From an uncultured Coriobacteriia bacterium (GTDB lineage: Bacteria > Actinomycetota > Coriobacteriia > Anaerosomatales > PHET01): 64,000 bases of DNA. Position numbers and translations under genes: made by a program. The stretch lies in assembly GCA_963751505.1 (NCBI GenBank), contig CAVVUM010000008.1, positions 31,475-95,474 on the forward strand, in the 5' to 3' direction. Of this stretch, positions 45,301 to 58,209 are shown one piece after another (the first letter of the stretch is position 1; each line of letters starts with the position of its first letter). Under the pieces are notes generated by a model. It had not been told where the DNA came from and did no database searches. It saw only the letters and a list, made by a program, of their open reading frames with translations.

Positions 45301-48300
45301 TCTCGATCGCGGCCACGGCGAGCGTGCCGTCGAGGTGGATGTTGCCGAAGACGGAGTCGACCAGGTCGACGTCGGTCAGGGCAACGTTGCCGATGTTCTC
45401 GATGACGAACTTGAACTGCGGATCGATGCCGGTCGTGAGGTACGGACCGGTGGCCGTATCAGCGTCGACCCAGCTCGTGCCGCCGTCGATCGAGACGAAC
45501 TTCTCGACGTCGATTGCCGGGGCTGCGCCGAAGTAGTGCGCCTTGTCCTTGTCGTTGACGGTGGTCTGGCCGAAGTCACCGGTGACGGTGGCCTCGTTCA
45601 TGTGCTGACCGGCCGCCCAATCGGCGGTCGTGGTAGTAGGTCTCGATCGCGGCCACGGCGAGCGTGCCGTCGAGGTGGATGTTGCCGAAGACGGAGTCGA
45701 CCAGGTCGACGTCGGTCAGGGCGACGTTGCCGATGTTCTCGATGACGAACTTGAACTGCGGGTCCGTGGCACTCTAAGGTACGGACCGGTCGCCGTATCA
45801 GCGTCGTCCCACTCGTGCCGCCGTCGACCGAGACGTACTTCTCGACGTCGATGGCCGGGGCTGCGCCGAAGTAGTGCGCCAGGTCGGTATCGCTGAAGTT
45901 CGTGCCACCGAACGAGCCGGAAGCCATGCCCGTGTTCTCATGCTGACCGGCTGCCCACGGAGCGGTGATGAACACCGTGAATGAGGCGGCCGGGGCGAGG
46001 CTTGCCGGAACTGCTCCCGGCTGCGCGTTGATGAGCGCCTGGAAGTCGGTGTCGGTGAGCAGGATCGAGTCCAGCGTCACGTTGCCGGTGTTGGTCACGA
46101 CGAACTTGAACTGCGGGTTCGTGGCGCTCTGCAGGTACGGACCGGTTGCAGCATCCGCGTCATCCCACGTCGCTCCACCGTCGACCGAGACGTACTTCTC
46201 GATGTCGATCTGACCGATCGAACCGAAGTAGTGCGCCTTGTCGGTGTCGGAGTATGTCTGGACTCATGAACACACCGGAGGCGGTGGCCTCGTTCATCGT
46301 GCTGACCGGCTGCCCACGGAGCGGTGATGAACACCGTGAATGAGGCGGCCGGGGCGAGGCTTGCCGGACTGCTCCGGGCTGCGCGTTGATGAGCGCCTGG
46401 AAGTCGGTGTCGGTGAGGCTGACCGAGTTCAGGTCCACGTTGCCGGTGTTGGTCACGACGAACTTGAACTGCGGGTTCGTGCCGCTCGCGAGGTAGGGCC
46501 CCGTGGCGGTGTCAGCGTCGACCCAGCTCGTGCCGCCGTCGACCGAGACGTAGCTTCTCGACGTCGATGGCCGGGGCTGCCCCGAAGTAGTGCGCCTTGT
46601 CGGTGTCCGACACAGTGATTGCGCCGTGGGCACCCGAGGCTGTGGCCTCGTTCATGTGCTGACCGGCTGCCCACGGAGCGGTGATTGTCGCGGAGAACTG
46701 ATGCGCCCTTCGCGAGCGTCGCCGGAATCGTGCCGGCCGGCAGCGCGCCGAGCAGCGCGTTGAAGTCGCTGTCAGTGAGGCTGATCGAGGTCAGATCCAC
46801 GTTCCCCGTGTTCTTCACGACGAACTTGAACTGCGGGTCGGTGCCGCTCTTGAGGTAGGGACCCGTCGCCGTGTCAGCGTCGACCCAGGTCGCGCCACCG
46901 TCGACCGAGACGTACTTCTCGACGTCGATGGCCGGCATGGTCTGGTAGTTGCCGACCTCACGCGTGGCTGTCTGGCCCTTCGCGACCACGATGGGAGTCG
47001 TCGAGGCCGCTGGTGTTGACCCACGTACCGTCGGGCATGGTCTCGTCGAGGTCGTAGGTGCCGCTCGGCAGTGGCCCGAAGGTGGCCTTGCCGTTCGCAT
47101 CGGTTGACTCGGTGATGCTGAACGGGAAGAGCGCCGAGCCGTTGGAGAGCGTGAACTCCCAGTTCGGAATGACCGGCTCAGGGTTCAGAACCCCCGGCCC
47201 GGCCTTCTGCCAGTTCCCCGTCACCGTTGAGGTCGTTGAACTTGATGACCTCGATCAGGGCGGTCGGTGCCGGGATGGAAGGCAACGGCACGGTCTTCTG
47301 GCCGACGCCGCTGATGTCGATGCGGGTCTGGCCGCTGGAGCCCGGATAGTACCCGGCGCCATCGCGCGCCGGCGAGGCGTAGTTCCACTCGGCGGTCACC
47401 GCGAGGTGCGCCTGCATGTAGAAGACCCTGACCGTGTTCGCGGGCACCGACATACCCGTCGCGAAGGTGCTCACCAGGTAGGGCGCGGAGCCGAAGCCCC
47501 CGCCGCCCGTGGGCACGTCAAGCGCGGATGGCGTGATGCCGTGCCACGAGGCAGAGCCCGTGTTGGGATAGAACGGATCGTTGGTGTCGACCGCACCGTC
47601 CACATAGCCGTAGAGGCCGGTCGCGTCGTAGAAGATCGCGTTCTTGGTGCTGTTGTAGTGGTCGACCTGCAGACTGGTCGCCGGCAGGACGTAGGCGGAG
47701 TTGTTGCCGCTGTTGTCGATGACCAGCCGGTGCGGGACGACGTCGTCCTCTTCATAGGCCTTGCCGAGGTTCCCCGTCGTCCACTTGCCCGACTCGAGGT
47801 TGTAGCCCTCGAGCTGGAACGTCACGCCGCCGCCGCTAGGTGCCTGCGCGGTAGGCGCGCCGGGAGCGATCTCGGTCGCGGCCTTGCGGCCTGTCTTGGA
47901 TACTGCCGACCCCGCGAGCGCTGTGCTCGACTCGGGTGCCGGCTCGGCTCGCTGCTGCCGCGCTCGACTCGGGCGCCGGCTCTGCAGCGGGCTCCTGCTG
48001 CCGCCGGCTCGTTGGTTGTGGCTTCCGCGCCGTCCCCCGAAGGCTCGCTGCCCGGATCCGCGGTCATAGGCTCAGCCTCGACCGATGGTTCAGGCTTCTC
48101 CTCGGCCGGAGGCGCTGCCTCCTCGACCGGGTCCGGCTTCGGAGCCTCCGCAGGAGGTGCTGCGTCTTCTGCAACTTCGGGCTCTGTCGCCACCGGTGCT
48201 GTCGCCGTTGACTCACTGGCGACGCTACTGTCCGGTGCCGACGGTGCCGCGAACCCCGAGCCGGCGAGCGATAGGGTGAAGGACAGGGCGACGAAAGCCG

Positions 48301-48349
48301 ACACAAACCGCATGAACAGGCTGTCACGACGGTACAGTGTTCGTGTCAT
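42302..48349 (-). CDS. giant LPXTG-anchored surface protein with Cna-B/SpaA-like domain and ~11-13 tandem Ig-like (DUF11/TIGR01451-like) repeats; many frame breaks
   Basis: Strong RBS GGGAGGTG before ATG 48349. Signal peptide 'MRFVSAFVALSFTLSLAGSGFAAPSAP'. Pro/Glu/Ala-rich linker. N-terminal domain in ORF 47178..47825. 'NWEFTLSNG..TDANGKATFGPLPSGTYDLDETMPDGTW'. Repeats 'IDVEKYVSVDGGxxWxDADxxTGPYLxSGxDPQFKFVxxNxGNVxLT'. C-terminal 'LPFTG' (42389..42403) plus TM 'SLLALLVAMALALGMGF' plus 'RRLAR'. Confidence 0.8.
43280..46950 (-). repeat. in-gene tandem repeat array, unit ~340-360 bp (about 114-120 aa)
   Basis: The 37-nt marker GTGCCGTCGAGGTGGATGTTGCCGAAGACGGAGTCGA starts at 44303, 44646, 44983, 45324 and 45664. 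Flanking units are more diverged (for example ACGACGAACTTGAACTGCGGGT at ~46097, ~46455 and ~46816). Confidence 0.85.
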
Positions 48350-48418
48350 CGTCGTTCACCTCCCACCTCATTGGGCCGGTTGGTCACCGATCACTGTGGT
48401 GCGGAGGTGGGCTCGCTC

Positions 48419-48472
48419 GAGAAAAGAACAAGACCAGCCAGCGCATGCATCGCATGCGAGCGCGGGCCGGTC
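48419..48472 (-). terminator. rho-independent terminator downstream of lon
   Basis: The minus strand reads GACCGGCCCGCGCTCGCATGCGATGCATGCGCTGGCTGGTC, a long imperfect hairpin with core CGCATGC/GCATGCG, followed by TTGTTCTTTTCTC. Confidence 0.55.
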
Positions 48473-48661
48473 TCACTACTAGCTCCCCGTCGATACCCCG
48501 AGTGACCGTGCTTACTACCGACGGATCATGGCTTCCCGTTGACTCGTGCTATGTGACGATGTATCAACCGGCAACGTTCGCCGTTACAGACGATCCGCTA
48601 TGGAACGTCCTGGGAAGTATGTTCCCCGATGTGCAAGCATCTAATGGGCAGCTAAAGGGTG

Positions 48662-51057
<2,396 letters not shown>

Positions 51058-51172
51058 GCTGCGTCGTTCCTCTCGTGAAGGCTCGTGAGATAATCGCACG
51101 TGTTGCTAGTGACTTCATGGTAGCCGTTCCGTTTCCTGCCGCCTGTCGGCGAACGCAACACGAAGGCATCAG

Positions 51173-53205
51173 ATGACCCGTGCCCGTCGCGCGCTCCTGC
51201 GCTCTTCCGATCGCCGCCGTCACCGTGCTCGCCGCGCTGTGCGCTGGCGGTGCGGTGTTTGCGCAACCGGCGGCCGAGGTTCGGCTCGTGCGTGCGACCG
51301 GGCCGATCGAGACACCGCAGCAGCTGAGCGCCGGGCCGGTGACCGTGTCGGTCGACGCGAGCTCCAACGCAATCCCGACAGGCGGCACGTTCCGTTTCGT
51401 GACCACCGCGACCGCAACCGATCGCGTCGACTACCTTCAGATGCGCATGCGGCTGTTCATGCCCGACAACCGCAACCTCGTCTACCAGAAGACGTTCGTG
51501 GAGCAGTCGCTCGAGGACACCTCCGTCGCAGCGACCTTCGAGCGCACGATCGAGGACATCGGTTTGAGCCCCGGCGCCTACCCGGTCGAGATCTCCGTCC
51601 GCACGTCCGCCAGCGGTGAGATCACCGAGACCGTGCTCCCGACAAAGCTGCTCGTCTTCGACCCGAAGTCCGACCCCGTGCGCCTGAGCGTCATCGCTCG
51701 CATCTCCGCCCAGCCGATGGTCGATGCCGAGGGCCGCTTCGTCGTCGACCCGGCGCAGTTCACGCGGGCGCGCGACGAGGCCGCCGCCATCGCCCAGTAC
51801 GCGCTGTCCGAGCCGACGGCTCGCATCGGACTGGCTGCATCGCCGATGATGCTCCAGGAGTGGCGGCGTGCGGCCGGCGGCTACCGTTTCGTGGGCCCCG
51901 AGGGCGAGGTGGCCATCGCCGCGACCGACGCAGTGCCCCGCGAGTACGCGGCGACCTTGGCGCTGCTCCAGCGGGCGATCGGCAGCGGACGCCTCGAGCT
52001 GCTGGCAGCTCGGCTACAGCGACCCGGACCCCTCCGAGCTGTACGCTGCCGGCCTCAAGAGCGATGTCGCGACCCAGTACCGGTGGGGTCGTCGCGCGAC
52101 TAGCCGAGGCGCTCGGCGTCGCGCCGTCTGCGGGAATGGCGCCCGCCGGCGAGGCGCTGCCGCGAAGGCGGCGCGCGTCCGCTCGCCGAGAACGGCGCTC
52201 GGCTACGTGGCCGTCGACGCACGCAAGGCGACCAGCAAGGGCAAGCCCGTGGCGCCCGGCGTCTATCGCAGCGCGCAAGGCGAAGTCTGACGGTGCTCGC
52301 CGCCGACCGTGAGAATCGCTCGCTCGCTCGAGAGCAGCTCGGCCGCCGAGCTGCGTGCCGCGGTCTTCGAGCACGCTCGTCGGCACGAAGCCGCGGCGTC
52401 CCGTGCCGGTCATCGTCGACGTGGGACCCGGAGGGATGCGCGCCGGACGACTCGTTTCGCTGCTGCGCGGCCTGGACGCGCAGCCGTGGGTCGAGTTCCA
52501 GCTCCCGGCCGAGGCATCGCTGCACAGAAGGGCTCCCCGGTGGCCCTCAAGGCCCACCGGGCGGATGCAGACGCGCCCGAGGACTACTGGGAGACGGTGT
52601 CGCGCGCGCGAGCCTGGTCGCGTGCGCTGGCCTTCGCACTGGGGTTGACGGACGAGGATGCGGTGTCCGCCGTGCGCGACTCCCTGATCGCTCAGGGATC
52701 GGTCTGGTCGGGGTTCCGCGGGGACTGGACACCCGCGGGACGCGGGCTGACCTACGCTGCGGCCGCTCAGCGCTCGGCGGAGCAGATCCTCAAGCTCGTC
52801 GACCTGCGTGCCCGGCCGGTGACGATGGCCGGTGCCACTGGACGCGTGCCGGTCACCATCACGAACGACAACGAGCGCGAGATCCGAGTCGTGCTGGTCG
52901 CCAGGCCCGGGCCCTCGATTGCAGCTCGAGTCGGAGTCAAAGCGCGTCTTGCTCCTGCAGCCTGGCGAGAACTTCGTCGAGATTCCCGTGCGCCTCGAGC
53001 GGATCGCTTCGAAGCGAGCTGCAGCTCGTGCTCGAGGCAGGCGGGCTCGAGATCGCCGACACCACGGTGACGCTTCACGCCTCCTACCTGGATCGGATCG
53101 CCGTCGTCGTCGGGCTCGTGCTGGTACTCGGCGTGCTTCTGTTCTTCATCGTCAGGCGCGTGCAAGGCCGCCGAGACGGACGACGACATGGACGCCGAGC
53201 GCTAA
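51173..53205 (+). CDS. large secreted, C-terminally membrane-anchored protein (possibly DUF6049-like); heavily frame-broken
   Basis: Signal '[21 protein letters not shown]'. '[22 protein letters not shown]..', '..[28 protein letters not shown]..'. C-terminal TM '[19 protein letters not shown]' and tail '[13 protein letters not shown]' (stop 53203..53205). The family assignment rests on architecture and the trxB/trxA neighbourhood only. Confidence 0.4.
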
Positions 53206-53232
53206 ACTGTTGCGGGTCACACTCGGACGGAG

Positions 53233-53616
53233 ATGCAGATGGTCAGACGGATCATAGTGATCGTGCTGGTCGTCGCTGCGATCGCGCTTGTCGTGAACGA
53301 CCTCTCGCACTACGCGTCTGCGCAGCGCGGGTTGCGCTCGACGACCTACGACCTCGCGCTCTGGGCCGGGAAGAACGCTCAGCAGCTCAGCCGAGACCAG
53401 GCCGCGCGTGAACTGGCCGTCATGGCCTCCGAGAAGGGCGTGACCGTGTACCAGTACGGCCAGGGGGACAACAGCGTCCAGGTGTGGACGAAGGCCGACG
53501 TGAACGGCACGCTCGTCGCCGGCGCGCTCGTGCACCTGTTCCGCAGCGAGCCCGTCACGCAGATCATCGGAGCGCCGTTCACGATCACCGACTACCGAGA
53601 GGCTGGAGTGCAGTGA
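53233..53616 (+). CDS. hypothetical N-terminally membrane-anchored protein
   Basis: Intact 127-aa ORF with TM 'IIVIVLVVAAIALVV'. The stop overlaps the next GTG (GTGA). Confidence 0.5.
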   Translation: MQMVRRIIVIVLVVAAIALVVNDLSHYASAQRGLRSTTYDLALWAGKNAQQLSRDQAARELAVMASEKGVTVYQYGQGDNSVQVWTKADVNGTLVAGALVHLFRSEPVTQIIGAPFTITDYREAGVQ

Positions 53617-54794
53617 CCTCAGCGGCCACCGACGGCGGCGACAGCGCAAAGCGCGTCGTCATCATCGACACGAACGTCCTGCTCGCGGACCCCAACTCGA
53701 TCCTGTCCTTCCCGCGCGCTGAAGTCGTCATCCCCGAGACCGTCCTCGGTGAACTCGACAAGCTCAAGACCGCGCGCGTCGATCCTGACCTTCGATTCCG
53801 CGGGCGTGAGGTCAGCCGCATGCTCTTCGAGTTCTCGGAGGAGGGCTCGCTCGTCGACGGCGTCGACCTGCCCGACGGCGGCCGCCTGCGAGTGGCGCCG
53901 TTCGACTCGGACGCCGACCTGCCCGAGGGGCTGGTGGCGCGCAACGCCGACGACCGGATCCTTGCAACCGCCTACCAGGTCTGCCAGACGAGGCGGTCCA
54001 GACTGCGAAGTGCAGCTCGTCACCAACGACCTCAACATGCTGCTCAAGGCCCAGACCCTCGGCGTGCCGGTTGCCCGCTACGGCGAGGGGGTCGAGGGAG
54101 GCTTCGCACGCCGGTACATCATCCGCCCGGCGCAGCGCTACAAGACCCCGCTCATCATCCTCGCGGTGGCGCTCGGGGTGTTCGCGGCGGTGCTCGTCGT
54201 CGTCAACTTCGCCGGCCTCTCGGGCGGCACGCCCGGCGCTGCCTACCGAGTTTCAGCAGCTGCTTTCTCAACAGCAGCAGCGCGCGCTGCAAGCGCTTCA
54301 GTCCCTCGAGAACAACCCGCGCGACGCCGACGCGCTCCTGTCGATGGGCGACTTCTACTCTGACGCGGTAACCCAGGCGCAGGCGGCCGGGTGATCGCGC
54401 GGCCGAGCTCCAGTACAGCCGTCAGGGAATCAAGTACTACGATCGCTATCTCGATCAGGAGCCCGAGGACAACGACGCTCGCGCCGACCTCGCATCGCTG
54501 CTCTTCTACTCCGGGCAGACCGACCGGGCCATCCAAGAGGTCGGCACGGTGCTCGAATCGAACCCTAACCACGTCAACGGCAACTTCAACCTCGGGATCT
54601 TCTACTGGCAGGGACGTCGCGACCTCGACGCCGCGCGCGACCAGATGAGCAAGGTCATCGACCTCACCGAGAACGACGCGCAGCAGCACGGTGCCCTTGA
54701 GCGCGCCAAGCTCACGCTCGCAGCAGATCGAGGCCGAGATCAAGGCGTCGAGCAGCCGCAACGAGCACAGGAGGCACGACTCAGTGAGCCCTGA
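53613..54794 (+). CDS. PIN-domain protein with central TM helix and C-terminal TPR repeats (frame-broken; 3' end uncertain)
   Basis: 'VVIIDTNVLLADPNSILSFPRAEVVIPETVLGELDKLK..ADDRILATAYQV..VQLVTNDLNMLLKAQTLGVPV'. TM 'PLIILAVALGVFAAVLVVV'. TPR-like 'NPRDADALLSMGDFY..QGIKYYDRYL..DNDARADLASLLFYSGQTDRAI..NPNHVNGNFNLGIFYW'. Confidence 0.55.
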
Positions 54795-55731
54795 GCACAT
54801 CGACATCGCGATCATCGGCGGCGGCCCGGCAGGACTGGCCGCCGCACTGTACGCGGCGCGCGGGCGCGCCAAGACCGTCGTCTTCGAGCGCGGTATCCCG
54901 GGCGGCCAGATCGTCACCACCGACTGGGTCGAGAACTATCCCGGGTTCCCCGAAGGCATCGCCGGCGCGGAGCTCGGCGACCTGATGACGCGGCAGGCCG
55001 AGGTGCACGGTGCGATCATCCGCACCTTCTCGCCCGTGGACTCCCTCGCGCAGGGCGCTGACGGGCGCTTCACCATCGAGAGCGAGGGTGAGACCTTCTC
55101 GGCGACGACGGTCATCGTGGCGACCGGCGCCGTTCCCCGCAAACTGGGAGTCCCCGGTGAGGCCGAGTACACGGGCCGGGGCGTCTCGTGGTGCGCGACC
55201 TGTGACGGCGCGCTCTACCGCGACAAGGTCGTCTGCGTCGTCGGCGGCGGTGATGCGGCGGTCGAGGAGGCGATGTTCCTCACGAAGTTCGCCAGCCGCG
55301 TGCACCTCATCCACCGGCGCGAGGAGCTGCGCGCCACCAAGTGCATCCAGGAGCGCTGCTTCGACAACGAGAAGATCGAGCTGCACTGGAACCGCGTGGT
55401 CGGCGAGGTGCTCGGCGAGAACGGCAAGGTGAGCGGCGTCAGGCTGGACTCGACGACCGGCGAGGCCGCAGAGGTACTCCCGGTCGACGGCGTCTTCATC
55501 TTCGTCGGCGTGCATCCGATGAACGAAGTCGCGTTGCACCTCGTGGATACCGACGAAATCGGGTACATCAAGACCGACCACGATGGACGGACGACGGTGC
55601 CGGGCCTGTTCGCAGCAGGCGACGTCACCGACTCCGAGCTCAAACAGGTCATCACCGCTGCGGCGAAGGGTGCCTCGGCGGCGTTCGAGGCGCTGCGTTT
55701 TGTGGACGAAGGCATCGCCTGCTCCATCTAG
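54784..55731 (+). CDS. trxB: thioredoxin-disulfide reductase
   Basis: GTG 54784 lies after AGGAGG. 'IAIIGGGPAGLAAALYAAR', redox centre 'WCATCDG', 'VVGGGDAAVEEA', 'GLFAAGDV'. Confidence 0.9.
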   Translation: MSPEHIDIAIIGGGPAGLAAALYAARGRAKTVVFERGIPGGQIVTTDWVENYPGFPEGIAGAELGDLMTRQAEVHGAIIRTFSPVDSLAQGADGRFTIESEGETFSATTVIVATGAVPRKLGVPGEAEYTGRGVSWCATCDGALYRDKVVCVVGGGDAAVEEAMFLTKFASRVHLIHRREELRATKCIQERCFDNEKIELHWNRVVGEVLGENGKVSGVRLDSTTGEAAEVLPVDGVFIFVGVHPMNEVALHLVDTDEIGYIKTDHDGRTTVPGLFAAGDVTDSELKQVITAAAKGASAAFEALRFVDEGIACSI

Positions 55732-55752
55732 CCGGCACTGAGAGGAGAACCG

Positions 55753-56076
55753 ATGGCAGATCTGGTTCAGGTCGCGGACGCTGACTTCGCCGCGACCGTA
55801 GAGGGCAGCGCCACCCCGTTCGTGCTGGACTTCTGGGCACCCTGGTGTGGGCCGTGCCGCATGATGGAGCCGGTGCTCAAGGAGGTCGCCGCCGAGTACG
55901 ACAGCATCACCGTGGGCAAGCTCAACGTGGACGAGAACCCCGGGACCGCGACGCGGTTCGACATCCTGTCCATCCCGACCCTGCTCGTCTTCAAGGACGG
56001 TCAGGTCGTCAAGAAGATCGTAGGGGCGCGCTCCAAGAAGCAGCTCGTCGACGAGCTCGGCGCCTGGCTCGGCTAG
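55753..56076 (+). CDS. trxA: thioredoxin
   Basis: Intact 107 aa. 'FWAPWCGPCRM', 'IPTLLVFKDGQVV'. Confidence 0.95.
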   Translation: MADLVQVADADFAATVEGSATPFVLDFWAPWCGPCRMMEPVLKEVAAEYDSITVGKLNVDENPGTATRFDILSIPTLLVFKDGQVVKKIVGARSKKQLVDELGAWLG

Positions 56077-56104
56077 ACGCCGCCAGCGCGACACGCGAGA
56101 TCCG

Positions 56105-56132
56105 GAAGGACCCGCCGATCGGCGGGTCCTTC
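56105..56132. terminator. bidirectional hairpin between trxA and the convergent small gene
   Basis: GAAGGACCCGCC-GATC-GGCGGGTCCTTC. Confidence 0.5.
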
Positions 56133-56137
56133 GCGTG

Positions 56138-56389
56138 TCAGATAAGCTCGACGGTCGCGTCGGGCCCGGCCGGCTCCCCGTCGATGAGATCGACGGCGTC
56201 TTCGAGCTTCGCGCGCGCCTGCCCCAGCAACACCGAGGCCTGCGCGACTTCGGCGCTCGGACGCGGCAGCCCCGCTTGGTCCGCAAGGTGATGGATCTGC
56301 TCGAGCCACTGCTGCGACAGTGCGAGCGCGTCGTTGGCCTGGCCGATCATCAGCTTCATCTGGTCGGTGTTTACGCCCTTCTGGCACAT
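56138..56389 (-). CDS. hypothetical small helical protein
   Basis: 83-aa ORF. No family is recognised, and support is moderate only. Confidence 0.35.
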   Translation of the reverse strand: MCQKGVNTDQMKLMIGQANDALALSQQWLEQIHHLADQAGLPRPSAEVAQASVLLGQARAKLEDAVDLIDGEPAGPDATVELI

Positions 56390-56504
56390 ATCGATCGGTC
56401 CTCTTCTCGTCCACGGCGGCGGGCCGCCGTCTGTTCTCGTGGCTGGATGATGTCACGGCCGAGGCGTCGAGCGCCACCGGGAAGCGCCACGCGCTGCAGA
56501 GCAG

Positions 56505-57554
56505 CTAGCCGCCCCCGCGCCTGCGCCGCGCGTCCGATCGGCGCTTGAGCACGACGCCGACCCCGGTCGCCAGCGCGAGCACGATCGCCGCCCCGACGAG
56601 GCCTGAGGTACTCGTACCCGCATCGACCGCCGGCCACCCGGGCGCTGCGCCGTCCCCGCCTTCGACGTCCTCGGCCTGTCTGAACGCGTAGTCGGGAAGG
56701 AAGGCGGTCGACCGCTGGATCGAGGCAAGCGCCGCATGCAGCGGGCCCTCCGACTCGACCTCCCGGCCGCCGGTCACCCGGGCGATCGACCACTCCAGGC
56801 CGTCGGAGTTCGTCGATGCGAACCACGAGATCGCGACTCCGGCAACGACCGCCGCGATCGCCAGACCGACCAACACGGGCTTCAGGTTCAGACCGGTCAG
56901 CGGCCTGTCGGCGGCCCGACGGTGCAGGAGCTCCGGCTGCGCCTGCATGACGAAGAGCACCACCGCCGCGGTGACGAGGCCCTCGACGATCCCGATCGCG
57001 AGATGTATCGGAAGCATGAGCGTGACGAACGCCGAGAACGGCAGCTCGCTGATGCCCGAAAGGGTCGTCTCGAGCACTACGCCGAGCGCACCCAGCTGTA
57101 GGCCCACGATCGCGGCCACCATGGATCCCACGACGACACGGCCTCGCGTGGGCGTGTCGCCCACGATCGGCTTGTAGACGAACGGATAGGCCACGAACGC
57201 GGTGAAGAAGCCCAGGTTGAAGATGTTCGCGCCGAGCGCGAGCAGCCCGCCGTCGGCGAAGAAGAGCGCCTGCACGGTGAGCACCGATGCCATCACAAGG
57301 AACGCCGCCTCCGGTCCCAGGAGGATGGCCAGGAGCAGCCCGCCGCCGAGATGGCCGCTCGAACCGGTGCCGGGGATGGTGAAGTTGAGCATCTGCCCAG
57401 CGAAGATGAAGGCGCCCGCGACTCCCATGAGCGGCACGCGGGCGGGATCGTCCTCTTCGCGGATCTTCTTGGCGCAGTAGACGGTGGTGGCAGCCGTCGC
57501 CGCCCACATGGTCGCACCGACCGCCGGTGAGACGAGCGCGTCAGCCATGTGCAT
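56505..57554 (-). CDS. cbiM: ECF-type Ni/Co transporter substrate component CbiM/NikM fused to a PDGLE (CbiN-like) domain
   Basis: '[61 protein letters not shown]'. C-terminal '[12 protein letters not shown]' plus a terminal TM. Confidence 0.85.
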   Translation of the reverse strand: MHMADALVSPAVGATMWAATAATTVYCAKKIREEDDPARVPLMGVAGAFIFAGQMLNFTIPGTGSSGHLGGGLLLAILLGPEAAFLVMASVLTVQALFFADGGLLALGANIFNLGFFTAFVAYPFVYKPIVGDTPTRGRVVVGSMVAAIVGLQLGALGVVLETTLSGISELPFSAFVTLMLPIHLAIGIVEGLVTAAVVLFVMQAQPELLHRRAADRPLTGLNLKPVLVGLAIAAVVAGVAISWFASTNSDGLEWSIARVTGGREVESEGPLHAALASIQRSTAFLPDYAFRQAEDVEGGDGAAPGWPAVDAGTSTSGLVGAAIVLALATGVGVVLKRRSDARRRRGGG

Positions 57555-57772
57555 GGATGGTCTCTCCCGTGATGCGCTAGTCGGAACTTCGTACCCGCAG
57601 GGTGTTACGCCCTGCAAAGTCGTGCTACGCTTGTCATCGACAGATACGAGCGTCTTGGTGGTCAGGTCAAGCGTCTCGCGCCGATTCGCACGCGCGTCTC
57701 GGCATCGTGATCGACCCGTGGCACCAGCGTGCCCATCCAGTAGCACGCCCCGTGCAGAGAAGAGGTCCCGTC

Positions 57773-58197
57773 ATGCCCGACGTGATCAGGTTCGGCGTCT
57801 CGACAGACGAGCGGCTTCTCGCGAAGTTCGACGCCCTGATCGCCGAGAAGGGCTACGTCAACCGGTCAGAGGCGGTGCGGGACCTGATTCGCAACGCACT
57901 CGTCGAAGACCAGTGGGAGGCCGGCGAGGCGCAGACGAGGCCGTGGGCACCGTGACGCTCGTCTACGATCACCACTCGACCGACTTGTCGGACAAGCTCA
58001 CCGAGCACCAGCACTCCCACCACGAGGAGATCGTCTCGACGCTCCACATCCATCTCGACACGCATCACTGCCTCGAGGTCGTCGTGCTGCGCGGGATCGC
58101 GCGCGACATCAAGCGGATCGCCGACGGGCTCATCGGCACCAAGGGCGTGAAGCACGGGAAGTTCGTGGCCACCACCACCGGCGACGGTCTGGTCTAG
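57773..58197 (+). CDS. nikR: nickel-responsive regulator NikR (frame break near 57940)
   Basis: Ribbon-helix-helix '[36 protein letters not shown]'. Metal-binding domain '[38 protein letters not shown]'. Confidence 0.85.
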
Positions 58198-58209
58198 AGG
58201 CCGGCACCG

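Noticed and set aside
43280-46950. Regular ~340-bp periodicity that could superficially suggest a CRISPR or satellite array.
   Set aside because: The units are contiguous, with no repeat-spacer structure. They are far longer than CRISPR repeats and they translate into a conserved protein domain. The array is an intragenic coding repeat.
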